From: an uncultured Clostridia bacterium
GTDB taxonomy: Bacteria > Bacillota > Clostridia > Oscillospirales > JAAYOS01
Direction: 5' to 3'
DNA: 64,000 nt
Assembly: GCA_947631015.1 (NCBI GenBank)
Contig: CANRJS010000001.1
Coordinates: 95,561 to 159,560 of the forward strand
In this document: piece by piece, positions 53,522 to 64,000 of the stretch
Numbering within the stretch: the first letter of the stretch is position 1
How the letters are laid out: each line of letters begins with the position of its first letter
Position numbers and translations under genes: made by a program
Notes under the pieces: model-generated
Database searches by the model: none
What the model saw: only the letters and a program-made list of their open reading frames with translations
What the model was told of the DNA's origin: nothing

Positions 53522-54955
53522 TCAGAAGCGCGCATAGAGCTGCGGCTGATATGTTGAATTTACAAGGAACACCGTGCAGAGCAGAAGGAGCAGCACCGCT
53601 GCCGCGCATCTGAGCGCGCCGGCGAGCGTGGGACGTTTTTCTCCGAGGCGCGAGCAAAGCTTCGAGACAAGCGGGGTGCATCCGACCGCCGCGATAAGTA
53701 TGAGCGGCAGGTAGTCGTGCAGATACAGCAGCGCCGCACTGTCGACGGCGGCGCCCGCGCCGAACATCCTTGCAAAGTAAGCGGACATCTCCCCCACTCC
53801 GGCGCTGCGGAACGGCACCCACCCAAGCATGACAAGGAGCATACAGACTATATGGCGCACGGCGGAGGGTATCTTCCGCTTTTCTAGACCCGCCAGTTTC
53901 TCAATACAGATAACCACTCCGTGGAAAAGTCCCCAGATAATGAAGGTCCAGCCTGCGCCGTGCCAAAGGCCGGTGAGCAGCCAGACTACAAGGAGATTCC
54001 GCACAAGCTTCGGCTTTGTTGTGCGGCTCCCACCCAGCGGGAAATAGACGTAGTCCCGAAACCACGCTCCCAGCGTTATGTGCCAGCGCCGCCAGAAGTC
54101 GGATATGGAGCGCGAGCAGTACGGATAGCGGAAGTTTTCGGGGAAGGAAAAGCCCATCATCCCACCGAGGCCGAGCGCCATGTCGGTGTAGCCGCTGAAG
54201 TCAAAGTAAAGCTGCAGCGTATACGCCGCAAGTCCAAGCCAGGCTCCCGCAACGGTGTCCGGAACCGCGCCCAAACCCGCAGACGCCGTACCGAGCACGT
54301 CGGCAATAAGCACCTTCTTCGCAAGTCCGATAATGAAGCGGAAGATACCGCCCGCCATACGCTCCGCGTCGACAGTCCGCGCGTCCAGCTGCGGCGCAAG
54401 GTCCTCGTAGCGCATGAGCGGTCCCTGCATCACGCGCGGGAACATCATCATATACAGCGAAAATCCCACGGGACCCGCTTTTATCCGCCGCCTGTATGCA
54501 TCCGCAAGGAAGCTTACGGCCTGGAAGGTGTAGAAGGATATGCCCATCGGCAGCGGAAGCATGGGAGTGGTTAGCTCTATGCCGATGGCAGAACATACCG
54601 TTTGGAAAACAAGGCCCGTATACTTGAACACGCCGAGCAGGAGAATGTTAAGGCAGCACCCTGCAACAAAAATGCATTTCCTCGTCCCTGCGCTTCTGTC
54701 GCCGGAAAGCAGCCGCCCGAGCAGGAAGTTCACAACTACCGACAGGGTGAGCACACAGATACAGTATGGGTCTCCCCAAGCGTAGAAGGCAAGGCTGAAA
54801 AGAAGCAGAGCCGCATTGCGAAACCGCTTCGGTAAGAGGTAATATATCAGAAAGAAAGCAGGGCAGAATCCGTATAGAAATATTATGCTGCCTAAACCCA
54901 TTGCAAACACTCCCGGCGCCGGTATGCCGTATAACGGACAGACGGCATATAGCAT
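53522..54955 (-). CDS. MBOAT-family O-acyltransferase (AlgI/DltB-like)
   Basis: 477 aa, polytopic, with WRRWHITL and conserved His motifs. Confidence 0.88.
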   Translation of the reverse strand: MLYAVCPLYGIPAPGVFAMGLGSIIFLYGFCPAFFLIYYLLPKRFRNAALLLFSLAFYAWGDPYCICVLTLSVVVNFLLGRLLSGDRSAGTRKCIFVAGCCLNILLLGVFKYTGLVFQTVCSAIGIELTTPMLPLPMGISFYTFQAVSFLADAYRRRIKAGPVGFSLYMMMFPRVMQGPLMRYEDLAPQLDARTVDAERMAGGIFRFIIGLAKKVLIADVLGTASAGLGAVPDTVAGAWLGLAAYTLQLYFDFSGYTDMALGLGGMMGFSFPENFRYPYCSRSISDFWRRWHITLGAWFRDYVYFPLGGSRTTKPKLVRNLLVVWLLTGLWHGAGWTFIIWGLFHGVVICIEKLAGLEKRKIPSAVRHIVCMLLVMLGWVPFRSAGVGEMSAYFARMFGAGAAVDSAALLYLHDYLPLILIAAVGCTPLVSKLCSRLGEKRPTLAGALRCAAAVLLLLLCTVFLVNSTYQPQLYARF

Positions 54956-55015
54956 ATCCGGCGCGATTTTCCGCGATTGCAGCTATTTCCCGCGATAAAT
55001 GTCACTTGCCGCGAA

Positions 55016-55543
55016 TTATTCCTCCGCGAGCACCTTCACTATCTCGCCGACATACATGGTGTGGAAGTCCTTCTTGGGATAGTTGCAGTCCGCTATCTCC
55101 TTATCGGTAAATCCTTCCTCCGTTATCGGCGCGGCGTACAGCTTCCGGCAGACGAACACCAGCTTTGCCTCGGAAAAGTAGGTCGTTCCGTCCTCAAACA
55201 CCGGCGTGAGACCCGCCGCCGCGACCTTGTCGCCGTCCCGGCCGGAGTGAGAACCGAGGTACGCGAGCGCCTCGTGGCGCTCCGGAGGAAATACAGACAG
55301 CGTGAACAGGTCCTCCCTGTCCGTAAACTCCTTGGTGTAGCGCTGCGGACGGATGAACACTATTGCGGTCGGCAGACCGTGGCCGCCGGCGCCGGGACGT
55401 CCCCACAGCGAGCCGAGATGGCCCCACGACGCGGTCATGGTGTTATAGCCGCGCTCCCTGTTCCCCGCCGTGATGAGCCACCAGTCGCTGCTCACCATCG
55501 TCATCGGGTTAAGGCTGAGGTCCTTCAGAGACACTTCTTTCAT
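55016..55543 (-). CDS. flavin reductase-like FMN-binding split-barrel protein
   Basis: 175 aa with NTMTASWG motif. Confidence 0.75.
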   Translation of the reverse strand: MKEVSLKDLSLNPMTMVSSDWWLITAGNRERGYNTMTASWGHLGSLWGRPGAGGHGLPTAIVFIRPQRYTKEFTDREDLFTLSVFPPERHEALAYLGSHSGRDGDKVAAAGLTPVFEDGTTYFSEAKLVFVCRKLYAAPITEEGFTDKEIADCNYPKKDFHTMYVGEIVKVLAEE

Positions 55544-55620
55544 ACGCTGCTTCTCCTCTCTGCATCAGAATTATGAATCATGCGATACATCCGAAAATAA
55601 GTATGCTCCGTGAGCGGGAT

Positions 55621-57009
55621 TTATCCTGCGTTCGCCGCCGCAGGCTCGGCCTTGCGGAGCTTTGCGCGGACGTAGAAATAGTACGCGATGCCGCTCGCCG
55701 CCGCAAAGACCTTAGACACCGGCCACGCCGCGAACAGCACGTCCACCGTGTGCCAATGCTGGAAAACCGTGTATATCCAGATTATGCGGAGCACACAGAC
55801 GCAGAAGATCGTGCTTATCGTCGGATAGAGCGAGCGCCCCATACCGCGCACGACGTTTGCCGGGATGTTCATTATCGCGTTCGTGAAGCCGAAGACGCAG
55901 AGAATGAACATTATCTGCTGTGCAAGCGAGATGACCTCCGGGTCGTCGGTGTAAATGCGCAGGAGCTGCGGGGCGAATATGTACGCGGCGATGCCGAGGA
56001 CGAGGCTTATGCCGCAGCCCATGCTCAGCGTGTAGGCAAAGATCCTGTCTATGCGCCTGTAGTTCCCCGCGCCGTAGTTCTGCCCGGTGAAGCTTATCGA
56101 CGCCTGCGCCAATGCGTCGACCGCGACATAGCAGAACGAGTCGATATTGTTTGCTATCGTGCTTGCCGCCATCGTCGACTCGCCGAACCGGTTTATCGAC
56201 GACTGTATGAGCATATTCGCTATCGAAAACGCCGAGCTCTGTATCCCTGCCGGTATGCCGACGCGGAGTATCGCCATGAGCTTGCTCCTGTGTATGCGGA
56301 GCCGCCTCAGCTCGATGTGATAGTCGGTGTCCGAGCGCACCATCGTTATTATGACGAGCACCGCCGAGAGAGTCTGGGAAATGGAGGTCGCGGCCGCGAC
56401 GCCGTCCACACCCATCTTGCAGACTATGACAAAGAACAGGTTGAGTATGACGTTCAGCACGCCCGCCGCCGTGAGATAGTAGAGCGGACGGCGCGTGTCT
56501 CCGAGCGCGCGGAGCACCGCCGCGCCGAAGTTGTAGACCATCATACTCGGCACGCCCACAAAGTATATCACGAGATACCGCTTCGCGAGCGGCAGGACGC
56601 CCTCCGGGGTGTCCAGAGCCTCGAGGAGCGGTCCCGCGACGAACAGTCCGAGCAGCATTATCATGACGCCGACGCAGACCGACATCGTTATCGCCGTGTG
56701 GACGGCGTCGTGCAGGTCGTCCTTCCTGCCCGCGCCGGCAAGCTGGGCGCATATCACGTTCGCGCCGACGGCAAGCCCCATGAACGTCATGACTATCAAT
56801 CCGGTGACCGGTCCCGCCGCGCTGACGGCGGCGAGCGCGTCCGAGCCGGTGAACTTACCGACGACGGCGATGTCCGCCGCGTTGAAAAGCAGCTGGAGAA
56901 GCCCCGAGAACATCATCGGTATGCTGAAAATGATAAGCTTCGAGAGCAGCGGCCCCGAGACCATGTCCATGTTCACGCCGGAGCCGGTCTTTGTCAGTTC
57001 CTTTGCCAT
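55621..57009 (-). CDS. MATE-family efflux transporter
   Basis: 462 aa from MAKELTK, with 12 predicted TM. The 54-codon upstream extension in the ORF track has no support. Confidence 0.88.
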   Translation of the reverse strand: MAKELTKTGSGVNMDMVSGPLLSKLIIFSIPMMFSGLLQLLFNAADIAVVGKFTGSDALAAVSAAGPVTGLIVMTFMGLAVGANVICAQLAGAGRKDDLHDAVHTAITMSVCVGVMIMLLGLFVAGPLLEALDTPEGVLPLAKRYLVIYFVGVPSMMVYNFGAAVLRALGDTRRPLYYLTAAGVLNVILNLFFVIVCKMGVDGVAAATSISQTLSAVLVIITMVRSDTDYHIELRRLRIHRSKLMAILRVGIPAGIQSSAFSIANMLIQSSINRFGESTMAASTIANNIDSFCYVAVDALAQASISFTGQNYGAGNYRRIDRIFAYTLSMGCGISLVLGIAAYIFAPQLLRIYTDDPEVISLAQQIMFILCVFGFTNAIMNIPANVVRGMGRSLYPTISTIFCVCVLRIIWIYTVFQHWHTVDVLFAAWPVSKVFAAASGIAYYFYVRAKLRKAEPAAANAG

Positions 57010-57352
57010 CTTTGTCCTTTCCGGAAAGCACGGCGGCCTCACGCCGCCCGCATCCTTCACTGAAATTCCAGTTAGTATTATAGTGGGTTCCCCCTTAGGA
57101 TTCAAGAGGATAATCCGCCAAAACATCATATTGCGCGGCGCGTTCTTTTGTCGTTTCTCGACGCGCGGCATTTTTCGCTCCTTAGGACTTTCGGCTCGCT
57201 CGGAAAACCCGTATTTCCCGATATTTACATCCGCCGCCGGAATGTGCTATAATAGTTTTATTGAATACACTGCAATGCGCCGTTCGTTCCTCCGGTACGC
57301 GGAGGAGAAAACGCGCGCATCTGACGAAGGTTCGGAAAGGAGAACATCAGCA

Positions 57353-58660
57353 ATGGTAGAGACCAGCTACGGCAAGATCGTCGGCATCGACTGCGGCGAC
57401 CACTACGAGTACCGCGGCGTTCCGTATGCCAAACCGCCCGTCGGCGACCTCCGTTGGAGAGCGCCTCAGCCGCTCGACACGTATAACGGAGTCTATATGG
57501 CGACCGAGTTCCCGAAAAAGGCGATGCAGGGCCCTCAGGCGGGACCTCCCTACGACAAGGACTTCTATGACGACCCCGCCTACGACCGTCCGATTAGCGA
57601 GGACTGCCTGTACCTCAACATCTGGGCGCCGAAGGACGCGCAGGACTGCCCCGTCGCCTTCTGGATACACGGGGGCGCGTTCCTCGGCGGCAACGCTAGT
57701 GAGAAGGAGTTCGGCGGCGAGGCCTACGCGAAGCGCGGCGTTGTGCTTGTCAGCGTGCAGTACCGCCTCGGCGTGTTCGGCTTCCTCGCACATCCGTGGC
57801 TGACGGCGGAGAGCGGAGTTTCCGGCAACTACGGCATCCTCGACCAGATTGCGGCGCTCAAGTGGATTCGCGAGAACATCTCCGCCTTCGGCGGCGACCC
57901 CGATAACATCACGATTTTCGGACAGAGCGCCGGCGCGATGAGCGTCCAGACTCTCATATCCTCTCCCCTCACCGACGGTATGTTCAAGCGTGCGATACTC
58001 CAGAGCGGCGGCTCCTACGGCGAGGGACTGCACCGCGACACTCCCCTTAAGGAGCAGGAGGGCTACGGCGAGATCTTCGCGGAAGTTCTCGGTGTGAACA
58101 GCCTCGCGGAGATGCGGGAGAAGTCCGCAGACGAGATAATGAAGGCGTTCGGCCCGTTCATGGGGCGCGTCATGCCGATAGCGAAGGGACTGTTCCTCGT
58201 CCCGGTCATAGACGGCTGGGTGCTCCACAGCGGGTATTACGAGCTGATGGACAGGGGCGAGATAAAGGACGTTCCGTACATGCTCGGAAGCACCAAGGAC
58301 GATATACTCGTCACCCCCGAGATGCAGTCGCCCGAGGATAAGCCGCTCTATCGCGGCAGCATGGCGTTCAGCCGCAAGCTTGAGGAGCTGGGACGCAAGC
58401 CCGCATACGTCTACTACTTCACGCGCGACCTGCCGGGCAACGACTTCGGAGCGTGGCATTCCTCCGAGCTGTGGTACATGATGGGCACCCTGAAGCGCTG
58501 CTGGCGTCCGTGGACCGAGGGCGACTACGCCCTCTCCGACCGCATGATGGATTACTGGACAAACTTCATGAAAACCGGCGACCCGAACGGCGGCTCGCTT
58601 GAGAAGTGGGAGCCCTGCTCCGGGGAAAACGGCTTCGTGATGGAGCTGGACGTTAAGTAA
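57353..58660 (+). CDS. type-B carboxylesterase (para-nitrobenzyl esterase-like)
   Basis: YRGVPYAKPPVGDLRW, HGGAF and GQSAGA motifs. The start is ATG 57353, after SD AAAGGAGAA. Confidence 0.9.
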   Translation: MVETSYGKIVGIDCGDHYEYRGVPYAKPPVGDLRWRAPQPLDTYNGVYMATEFPKKAMQGPQAGPPYDKDFYDDPAYDRPISEDCLYLNIWAPKDAQDCPVAFWIHGGAFLGGNASEKEFGGEAYAKRGVVLVSVQYRLGVFGFLAHPWLTAESGVSGNYGILDQIAALKWIRENISAFGGDPDNITIFGQSAGAMSVQTLISSPLTDGMFKRAILQSGGSYGEGLHRDTPLKEQEGYGEIFAEVLGVNSLAEMREKSADEIMKAFGPFMGRVMPIAKGLFLVPVIDGWVLHSGYYELMDRGEIKDVPYMLGSTKDDILVTPEMQSPEDKPLYRGSMAFSRKLEELGRKPAYVYYFTRDLPGNDFGAWHSSELWYMMGTLKRCWRPWTEGDYALSDRMMDYWTNFMKTGDPNGGSLEKWEPCSGENGFVMELDVK

Positions 58661-58685
58661 GCGATTGTGATAAAACACATACAAC

Positions 58686-58720
58686 ACAAGGGGGACGGTC
58701 GTATGACCGTTCCCCCTTGT
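58686..58720. terminator. hairpin between convergent genes
   Basis: A 15-bp stem ACAAGGGGGACGGTC/GACCGT(T)CCCCCTTGT. Confidence 0.5.
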
Positions 58721-58747
58721 GTTATATGAAACCCTGCCGGTTCCGTC

Positions 58748-59383
58748 TTACGATAATTTTTTCCGCATAACGATTGTGCTTCCGTGACGTTCCGTTTCTT
58801 CAAATCCGAAGTGTCTGTACATTTCCTCCGGACCGGTAAAATCAAGGACGGAATATTTCTCGGTCATCTGCGGATAAGCTTCGACAAATTCGTAACCGTC
58901 GTTTTCGGCGTCCGTGCAGACCTGCCGCAAAAGAACCTTGGCGATACCTTTTCCGCGGTACTCCGGGGCAATTTCAAAGCATACAAGAGACTTCACTTTT
59001 CCGTGCTCGCCATCCGAAATATAGTAGTCCCCGTCACGTTTCTCGTATGGCACAAACGAGCCCGCGCGGACATAATTCTGCCTGTCGTTTGCGTTGCACC
59101 AACCTATCGAAATGCCGTCCTCGTATGCGAGATAGCCCTGCATAATGCCCTTTTCTATGAGTTCTTTTGCGGATTCCTTCAACGCAACGGCAAAGCCTTC
59201 GGAGCCTCCGCCGAGCATCTCCGCGCGACTTCCTATGCTGTCGCAGACCTCCTCGGGCGTCAGATAAAATGCGTTGCAGTAACAGGGCGCAAAAGGCGAA
59301 CCGTCCGAAAAGGCCCTGTTGTCAAAGAAATCAAAGAAGTCCGGCATATTTGATTTTGAGAGCTTTTCAATAGTGATATTCAT
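58748..59383 (-). CDS. GNAT acetyltransferase
   Basis: 211 aa with the acetyl-CoA motif YRGKGIAKVLL. Confidence 0.75.
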   Translation of the reverse strand: MNITIEKLSKSNMPDFFDFFDNRAFSDGSPFAPCYCNAFYLTPEEVCDSIGSRAEMLGGGSEGFAVALKESAKELIEKGIMQGYLAYEDGISIGWCNANDRQNYVRAGSFVPYEKRDGDYYISDGEHGKVKSLVCFEIAPEYRGKGIAKVLLRQVCTDAENDGYEFVEAYPQMTEKYSVLDFTGPEEMYRHFGFEETERHGSTIVMRKKLS

Positions 59384-59483
59384 ATTTTCCCTCCGTCATA
59401 AAGCCGCATATTGTCATTTTTCCACAACGCATATATTCGTTTTCTTCGGGTTGTATCAAACCCCGCAGGATGATCCCAAGGAT

Positions 59484-59843
59484 TTATACGGGTATCGCGC
59501 GGGAGATGACGTCGACAATGCACCCTCCTGCTATCATGAACACCCCGACTATTCCGACGACCTCCGGCAGGCGGAGCACACGGAACCTCTCGCGCCATTT
59601 CTTCTCGTCCCTGACGTCGCCGAATTTGGGCTTCTTGCCCCGGGCAAGTATCGCGCCGGCGAGTATGAACATACCGAGCGCCCCGAGCACAAAAAGTATG
59701 CTCCGCGCAATTTCGAGGCTCCCCTTCATTCCCGCGAATATGCCGATAAGCGCCGCGACGACGCCTATCGCGGCGCTCGCGGCGAGACCCGCCGCCGCCG
59801 CTATCGCTATGTCCCTGAACGCACCGGACGCTTTTCCCTTCAT
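59484..59843 (-). CDS. small membrane protein, function unknown
   Basis: 119 aa from MKGKASG, after SD GGAGG. It has three or four hydrophobic helices. Confidence 0.55.
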   Translation of the reverse strand: MKGKASGAFRDIAIAAAAGLAASAAIGVVAALIGIFAGMKGSLEIARSILFVLGALGMFILAGAILARGKKPKFGDVRDEKKWRERFRVLRLPEVVGIVGVFMIAGGCIVDVISRAIPV

Positions 59844-59967
59844 ACGCGACCTCCGCAGAGCCCCGCCGTCCTGCGGGGCGTTTTTTTGGATAAGATAAGG
59901 GCGGAGGCGTGAGCCTCCGCCCTGTTTCATTATACTTCGCCGGGCAAATGCTGTCAAATGTTATTTC

Positions 59968-60942
59968 TTACTTGTCGAACAGATGGCAGGCGACGTAGTG
60001 CTCCGGCTCGACCTCCTTGAGCTGAGGCGCTTCCTCACGGCACCTGTCGGTGGCGAAGCGACACCGTCCGCAGAAGCGGCAGCCCTTCGGGGCGTTTATC
60101 GGGCTCGGAATCTCGCCCTCGAGCTTGATGCGAGTCGTCTGACGTTTGCGCTCGACCTCCGGGTCCGGCACCGGCACCGCCGAGAGCAGCGCCTGAGTGT
60201 ACGGATGGAGCGGGTTCGCGTAGAGGTCCGCCGACTTAGCGTGCTCCGCGACGACGCCGAGGTACATGACCGCGATACGGTCGGAGACGTGCTTGACCAT
60301 CGAGAGGTCGTGCGCGACGAAGAGGTACGTGAGACCCATCTCGCGCTGGAGCTTTATGAGCAGGTTGACTATCTGCGCCTGAATCGAAACGTCGAGAGCG
60401 GAGATAGGCTCGTCGCACATGATGAACTTCGGCTCGACGGCGAGCGCGCGGGCTATGCCGATACGCTGGCGCTGTCCGCCGGAGAACTCGTGGACGAAGC
60501 GGTTCGCGTGCTCTTTGTTGAGTCCGACGAGGTCGAGGTAGTGGTAGATCTTCTCGGTGCGGTCGGCCTTGTTCGCCGCAAGGTTGTGGATGTCGATGCC
60601 CTCCGCGATGATGTCCGCGACGGTCATACGCGGGTCGAGCGAGGCGTAGGGATCCTGGAATATCATCTGAACGTCCTTGCGGAGCGCCTTGCGGTCGGCG
60701 CCCTTCTGGGTGTGGACGTCCTTGCCCTCGTAGTACACCTCGCCGCCGGTCTTGTCGTAGAGGCCGATGCAGGTACGGCCGCAGGTGGTCTTGCCGCAGC
60801 CGGACTCACCGACGAGGCCGAGCGTCTCGCCGCGGTAGATGTCGAAGCTGACGTCATCGACCGCCTTGAGTATCGCGTTCTTGCCGACTTTGAAATATTT
60901 CTTGAGATTTTTGACCTCCAGGACCTTATGACTCTTGTCCAT
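59968..60942 (-). CDS. Opp/Dpp-type peptide ABC transporter ATPase (F-type)
   Basis: GESGCGKTT, SGGQRQR and the C-terminal oligopeptide-ABC Cys motif. Confidence 0.9.
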   Translation of the reverse strand: MDKSHKVLEVKNLKKYFKVGKNAILKAVDDVSFDIYRGETLGLVGESGCGKTTCGRTCIGLYDKTGGEVYYEGKDVHTQKGADRKALRKDVQMIFQDPYASLDPRMTVADIIAEGIDIHNLAANKADRTEKIYHYLDLVGLNKEHANRFVHEFSGGQRQRIGIARALAVEPKFIMCDEPISALDVSIQAQIVNLLIKLQREMGLTYLFVAHDLSMVKHVSDRIAVMYLGVVAEHAKSADLYANPLHPYTQALLSAVPVPDPEVERKRQTTRIKLEGEIPSPINAPKGCRFCGRCRFATDRCREEAPQLKEVEPEHYVACHLFDK

Positions 60943-61988
60943 TATATCACATCTCCTATCTCAAAGGGCTTTTCGATGCCGGTGCCGTCGAAGGCGTGCT
61001 TCGCCTCCGGGTGATGGAGCCAGCAGGCGGCCTGATGCGTGTCGCTGAACGTGCTCACGTCGGGAGCTTCGCGCTTGCAGATGTTCATGCAGAACTTGCA
61101 GCGCGTGCAGAACGGGCAGCCCTCGGGCGGAGCGATAAGGTCGGGCGGCGTGCCCTCTATCGCGACGAGCTCCTGCTTGTTCTCGAGGTCGAGGCGCGGG
61201 ACCGCGCCGAGTATCGACCAGGTGTAGGGGTGGCGCGGTTGATAGAATATCTCGTCACAGAGGCCGCGTTCCACTATCTTGCCGGAGTACATGACGACGA
61301 TGTGCTTTGCGACGTTCGCGACGACGCCGAGGTCATGCGTGATGAGTATGACCGACGTGCCGTGCTGCTTCTGAAGGTCGCTTATAACGTCGAGTATCTG
61401 CGCCTGAATGGTAACGTCGAGCGCCGTGGTGGGCTCGTCGGCTATCAGGAGCTTCGGGTTGCACGCGAACGCCATGGCTATCATGACGCGCTGGCGCATG
61501 CCGCCGGAGAACTCGTGCGGGTACTGGTCTACGCGCTTCTCCGGCTGAGGGATTCCGACGGCGCGGAGCATCTCTATAGCCTCGGCGCGAGCTTCCTTCT
61601 TGCTGATGTTCTTGTGGAGGCGCAGGTTCTCCATTATCTGCTTTCCGGCGGTCATCGTCGGATTCAGAGCGGTGAGCGCGTCCTGGAAGATTATCGACGC
61701 CTCCGCTCCGCGGTAGGCGGAGAGCTGCTTCTTGTCGTAGGCAAGGATGTTCTCGCCGTTGTAGTAGATGTAGCTCTCGGGCTTGACCTCGCCCGTCGGG
61801 CCCTTTATCAGGCCCATGACGGCGCGCATCGTCACCGACTTGCCGCAGCCGGACTCGCCGACTATCGCGAGCGTCTCGCCGCGCTCGACTTCAAAGTCTA
61901 CGCCGCGAACCGACTGTACCTCACCGGCATAGGTGTGGTAGGAGACATGGAGATTCTTGACTTCGAGAATGTTGTCCTTCTTATCCAT
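60942..61988 (-). CDS. Opp/Dpp-type peptide ABC transporter ATPase (D-type)
   Basis: [16 protein letters not shown] and a C-terminal CxxC...C motif. Confidence 0.9.
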   Translation of the reverse strand: MDKKDNILEVKNLHVSYHTYAGEVQSVRGVDFEVERGETLAIVGESGCGKSVTMRAVMGLIKGPTGEVKPESYIYYNGENILAYDKKQLSAYRGAEASIIFQDALTALNPTMTAGKQIMENLRLHKNISKKEARAEAIEMLRAVGIPQPEKRVDQYPHEFSGGMRQRVMIAMAFACNPKLLIADEPTTALDVTIQAQILDVISDLQKQHGTSVILITHDLGVVANVAKHIVVMYSGKIVERGLCDEIFYQPRHPYTWSILGAVPRLDLENKQELVAIEGTPPDLIAPPEGCPFCTRCKFCMNICKREAPDVSTFSDTHQAACWLHHPEAKHAFDGTGIEKPFEIGDVI

Positions 61989-62006
61989 AAGTATCCTCCC
62001 TCCCTG

Positions 62007-62972
62007 TTACTGACGAAGGCGCGGGTCGAGCGCGTCGCGCAGACCGTCGCCGAGCAGGTTGAACGCGAGAACTATCACGCAGAGCACCGCCGCCGGGCAG
62101 ATGAGCTGCGAGGGGTAGAACATCATCAGCTGCTGACCGGCGGAGAGCAGGTTGCCGAGGCTTATTGCCGGCGGCTGAAGTCCCATGCCGATGAAGCTGA
62201 GTCCGCTTTCGGTGAAGATGTATCCCGGGATGTTCGTCGCGATATTGAGTATCAGGACGCCCATGCAGTTCGGGATGAGGTGCTTTCTGATGATGCGCGC
62301 GGGCGAGGCGCCGAGCGACTCCGCCGCGAGGACGTATTCGCTCTCACGCAGCTGCATTATCATGCCGCGCATCTGACGCGCCGTGCCGCACCACGACGTT
62401 ATACACATCGCTATCAGCAGCGCGCCCATGCCGTTGCCGAGGACCATCATCATAAGGAGCGTTATAAGGAGCGACGGCAGCGACGTGATTATCTCGATGA
62501 TACGCATCATTATGTCGTCGACTATGCCCCCGAAGTAGGCCATGATGCCGCCGTAGACACATCCGACAAACGCCTGAATGAAGGTGCATGCAAGCGCGAC
62601 GAGTATCGACACACGCGCGCCCATCCAAACTCTCGTAAACAGGTCGCGGCCCATCGCGTCGGTTCCGAACAGGTGGACGGAGGACGGCGACTGGTTCTTG
62701 TTTATCGCTTCGACCTTGTAGAGGTCCCAGCCGGTGGCGTAGGGCACGACGATAGCCATTATCGCGACGATGACAAGGAGTATCAGCGACGCCATCGCTA
62801 CGGGGTTCTTGCGGAGACGCCTCCACGCGTCCTGCCAGTAGGTGATGGCCGGGCGGACTATCACGTCGGAGTCCTTGGCATTGCTGCCGATTATCGTAAA
62901 GTCGCCCTTCTGGAACTTTTTTACTTCTTCCCCTATCGGGTCTTCCACTGTGTAGTTCTTCTTGTCTGCCAT
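62007..62972 (-). CDS. Opp/Dpp-type peptide ABC permease (C-type)
   Basis: Binding-protein-dependent transport inner-membrane fold. ATG 62972 follows SD AGAGGTG (an alternative GTG lies at 62981). Confidence 0.88.
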   Translation of the reverse strand: MADKKNYTVEDPIGEEVKKFQKGDFTIIGSNAKDSDVIVRPAITYWQDAWRRLRKNPVAMASLILLVIVAIMAIVVPYATGWDLYKVEAINKNQSPSSVHLFGTDAMGRDLFTRVWMGARVSILVALACTFIQAFVGCVYGGIMAYFGGIVDDIMMRIIEIITSLPSLLITLLMMMVLGNGMGALLIAMCITSWCGTARQMRGMIMQLRESEYVLAAESLGASPARIIRKHLIPNCMGVLILNIATNIPGYIFTESGLSFIGMGLQPPAISLGNLLSAGQQLMMFYPSQLICPAAVLCVIVLAFNLLGDGLRDALDPRLRQ

Positions 62973-62977
62973 CACTG

Positions 62978-63937
62978 TCACCTCTTTCCACCGCGCAGGC
63001 GGATCCGCGGATCGACCAGCGTGTAGAGTATATCGGTAATGTAGATAACGATTATCATCATCGCGGCTATCAGCACCGTCCAGCCGAGGACGACCGCGAG
63101 GTCACGGCCCTGAACGGCCGTGGTGTAGTACATTCCGATGCCGGGTATCGAGAATATCCTCTCGACAAAGAAGGAACCGGTGATGCACATGACAACGCTC
63201 ATCGGCAGGTTCGTGAGAACCGGGATGAAGCTGTTGCGGAGAACGTGGCGGAAGATTATCTTTCTCTGCGAGAGGCCCTTCGACTCCGCCGTCATTATGT
63301 AGTCCTGATTTATGACGTCGAGCATCGAGGTCTTGAGCAGACGTGCGTAGCTTGCTATATAGCCGAAGCATCCGGTGAGGGTCGGCAGTATCGTGTACTC
63401 CCAGCCGCCGAGCCACAAATCTTTGCCCTCCGGCCATCCTATCGTCGGGAAGACTTTCCAGACACCTCCCGCAAACAGGTATTGCAGCATAAGTCCGAAG
63501 ACGAGGTTCGGTATGGATATCAATAGTATCGAAAGCGTTATGACCACGTAGTCGGGCCACGAACCCTTCTTCATTGCCGCAATTATGCCGAGCGCAAGGC
63601 CTACGGTAATACCGAGCAGCATCTGCTGTATACCAAGCCGCGCCGAAATCGGGAGCTTCTCATGCGCTATGGACCAGACGGTCTGCCCGGGGAAGGTTAT
63701 CGACTCACCGAAGTCTCCCACGAGGAAGCCCTTCATGGTGATGATGTAACGCTCCATCACGGGCTTGTCAAGGCCGTACTTGGCATACATACGATCACGC
63801 TGTTCCGCGGAAAGACGCTCCGTCTTTGCGACGAGCGGGTCGCCCGGGACAGCCTGAAGCAGGAAGAACGTAGCGGTGGCGATGATGAACAGGGTCAGTA
63901 TCATCGCAAGGAACCGCTCTATTGTGTATTTCAGCAT
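62978..63937 (-). CDS. Opp/Dpp-type peptide ABC permease (B-type)
   Basis: MLKYTIERFLAMILTLF, a typical OppB/DppB N-terminus. SD GGGAGTG precedes it. Confidence 0.88.
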   Translation of the reverse strand: MLKYTIERFLAMILTLFIIATATFFLLQAVPGDPLVAKTERLSAEQRDRMYAKYGLDKPVMERYIITMKGFLVGDFGESITFPGQTVWSIAHEKLPISARLGIQQMLLGITVGLALGIIAAMKKGSWPDYVVITLSILLISIPNLVFGLMLQYLFAGGVWKVFPTIGWPEGKDLWLGGWEYTILPTLTGCFGYIASYARLLKTSMLDVINQDYIMTAESKGLSQRKIIFRHVLRNSFIPVLTNLPMSVVMCITGSFFVERIFSIPGIGMYYTTAVQGRDLAVVLGWTVLIAAMMIIVIYITDILYTLVDPRIRLRGGKR

Positions 63938-63967
63938 CTGATTCACTCCCAGTTTCGCTTTTGTACG

Positions 63968-64000
63968 GCATCGCCGGACTTTCTTCAAGTCCGGCGATGC
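63968..64000 (-). terminator. intercistronic hairpin upstream of the permease genes
   Basis: A 13-bp stem GCATCGCCGGACT/AGTCCGGCGATGC. This is the position at which an upstream substrate-binding-protein gene usually ends (off window). Confidence 0.4.

Noticed and set aside
56609-57352. A 248-codon 5' extension of the carboxylesterase ORF.
   Set aside because: It runs antisense through the MATE gene. The conserved esterase N-terminus and its SD are at 57353.

Overview
This is a 64-kb chromosomal window from a high-GC (roughly 60-65%) Firmicutes/Clostridia-like genome. The lineage is inferred from a T-box leader, a DegV gene, strong GGAGG-type ribosome-binding sites and the overall gene content. 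Most of the window is ordinary housekeeping: an ABC exporter, smpB plus ssrA (tmRNA), a T-box-controlled trpEGDCFBA operon, and an ECF sigma/anti-sigma unit with a MacB/FtsX-type ABC system. It also holds a hexuronate operon (uxuA, SDR reductase, eda, kdgK) followed by an [FeFe] hydrogenase. A nitrogen-assimilation block follows (split archaeal-type glutamate synthase, GS-I, an ANTAR regulator and a divergent GS-III, both arms with leader terminators). The rest comprises a membrane-anchored MerR protein, an MBOAT/DHHW pair, a MATE pump, esterases, GNATs and Opp/Dpp-type BCDF genes. The clearly accessory part is a 12.5-kb island (2345-14854) inserted in the 3' end of ssrA. It is bounded by a 26/27-nt direct repeat and carries a tyrosine integrase with repeated arm-type boxes and hicAB. 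It also carries a promoter / tandem 36-37-nt stem-loop repeat / terminator cassette, a 290-aa repeat protein and one 2976-aa polyvalent-type protein that fills 71% of the island. No phage, plasmid or conjugation backbone is present, and I consider this island the best candidate for an undescribed system. A second unexplained region is the 850-bp non-coding gap after trpA. It has tandem GC-hairpin repeats and a roughly 500-bp inverted-repeat-bracketed module containing fragments identical to the 23S sarcin-ricin loop. All functional calls come from reading the translations and motifs by eye; no database search was run.
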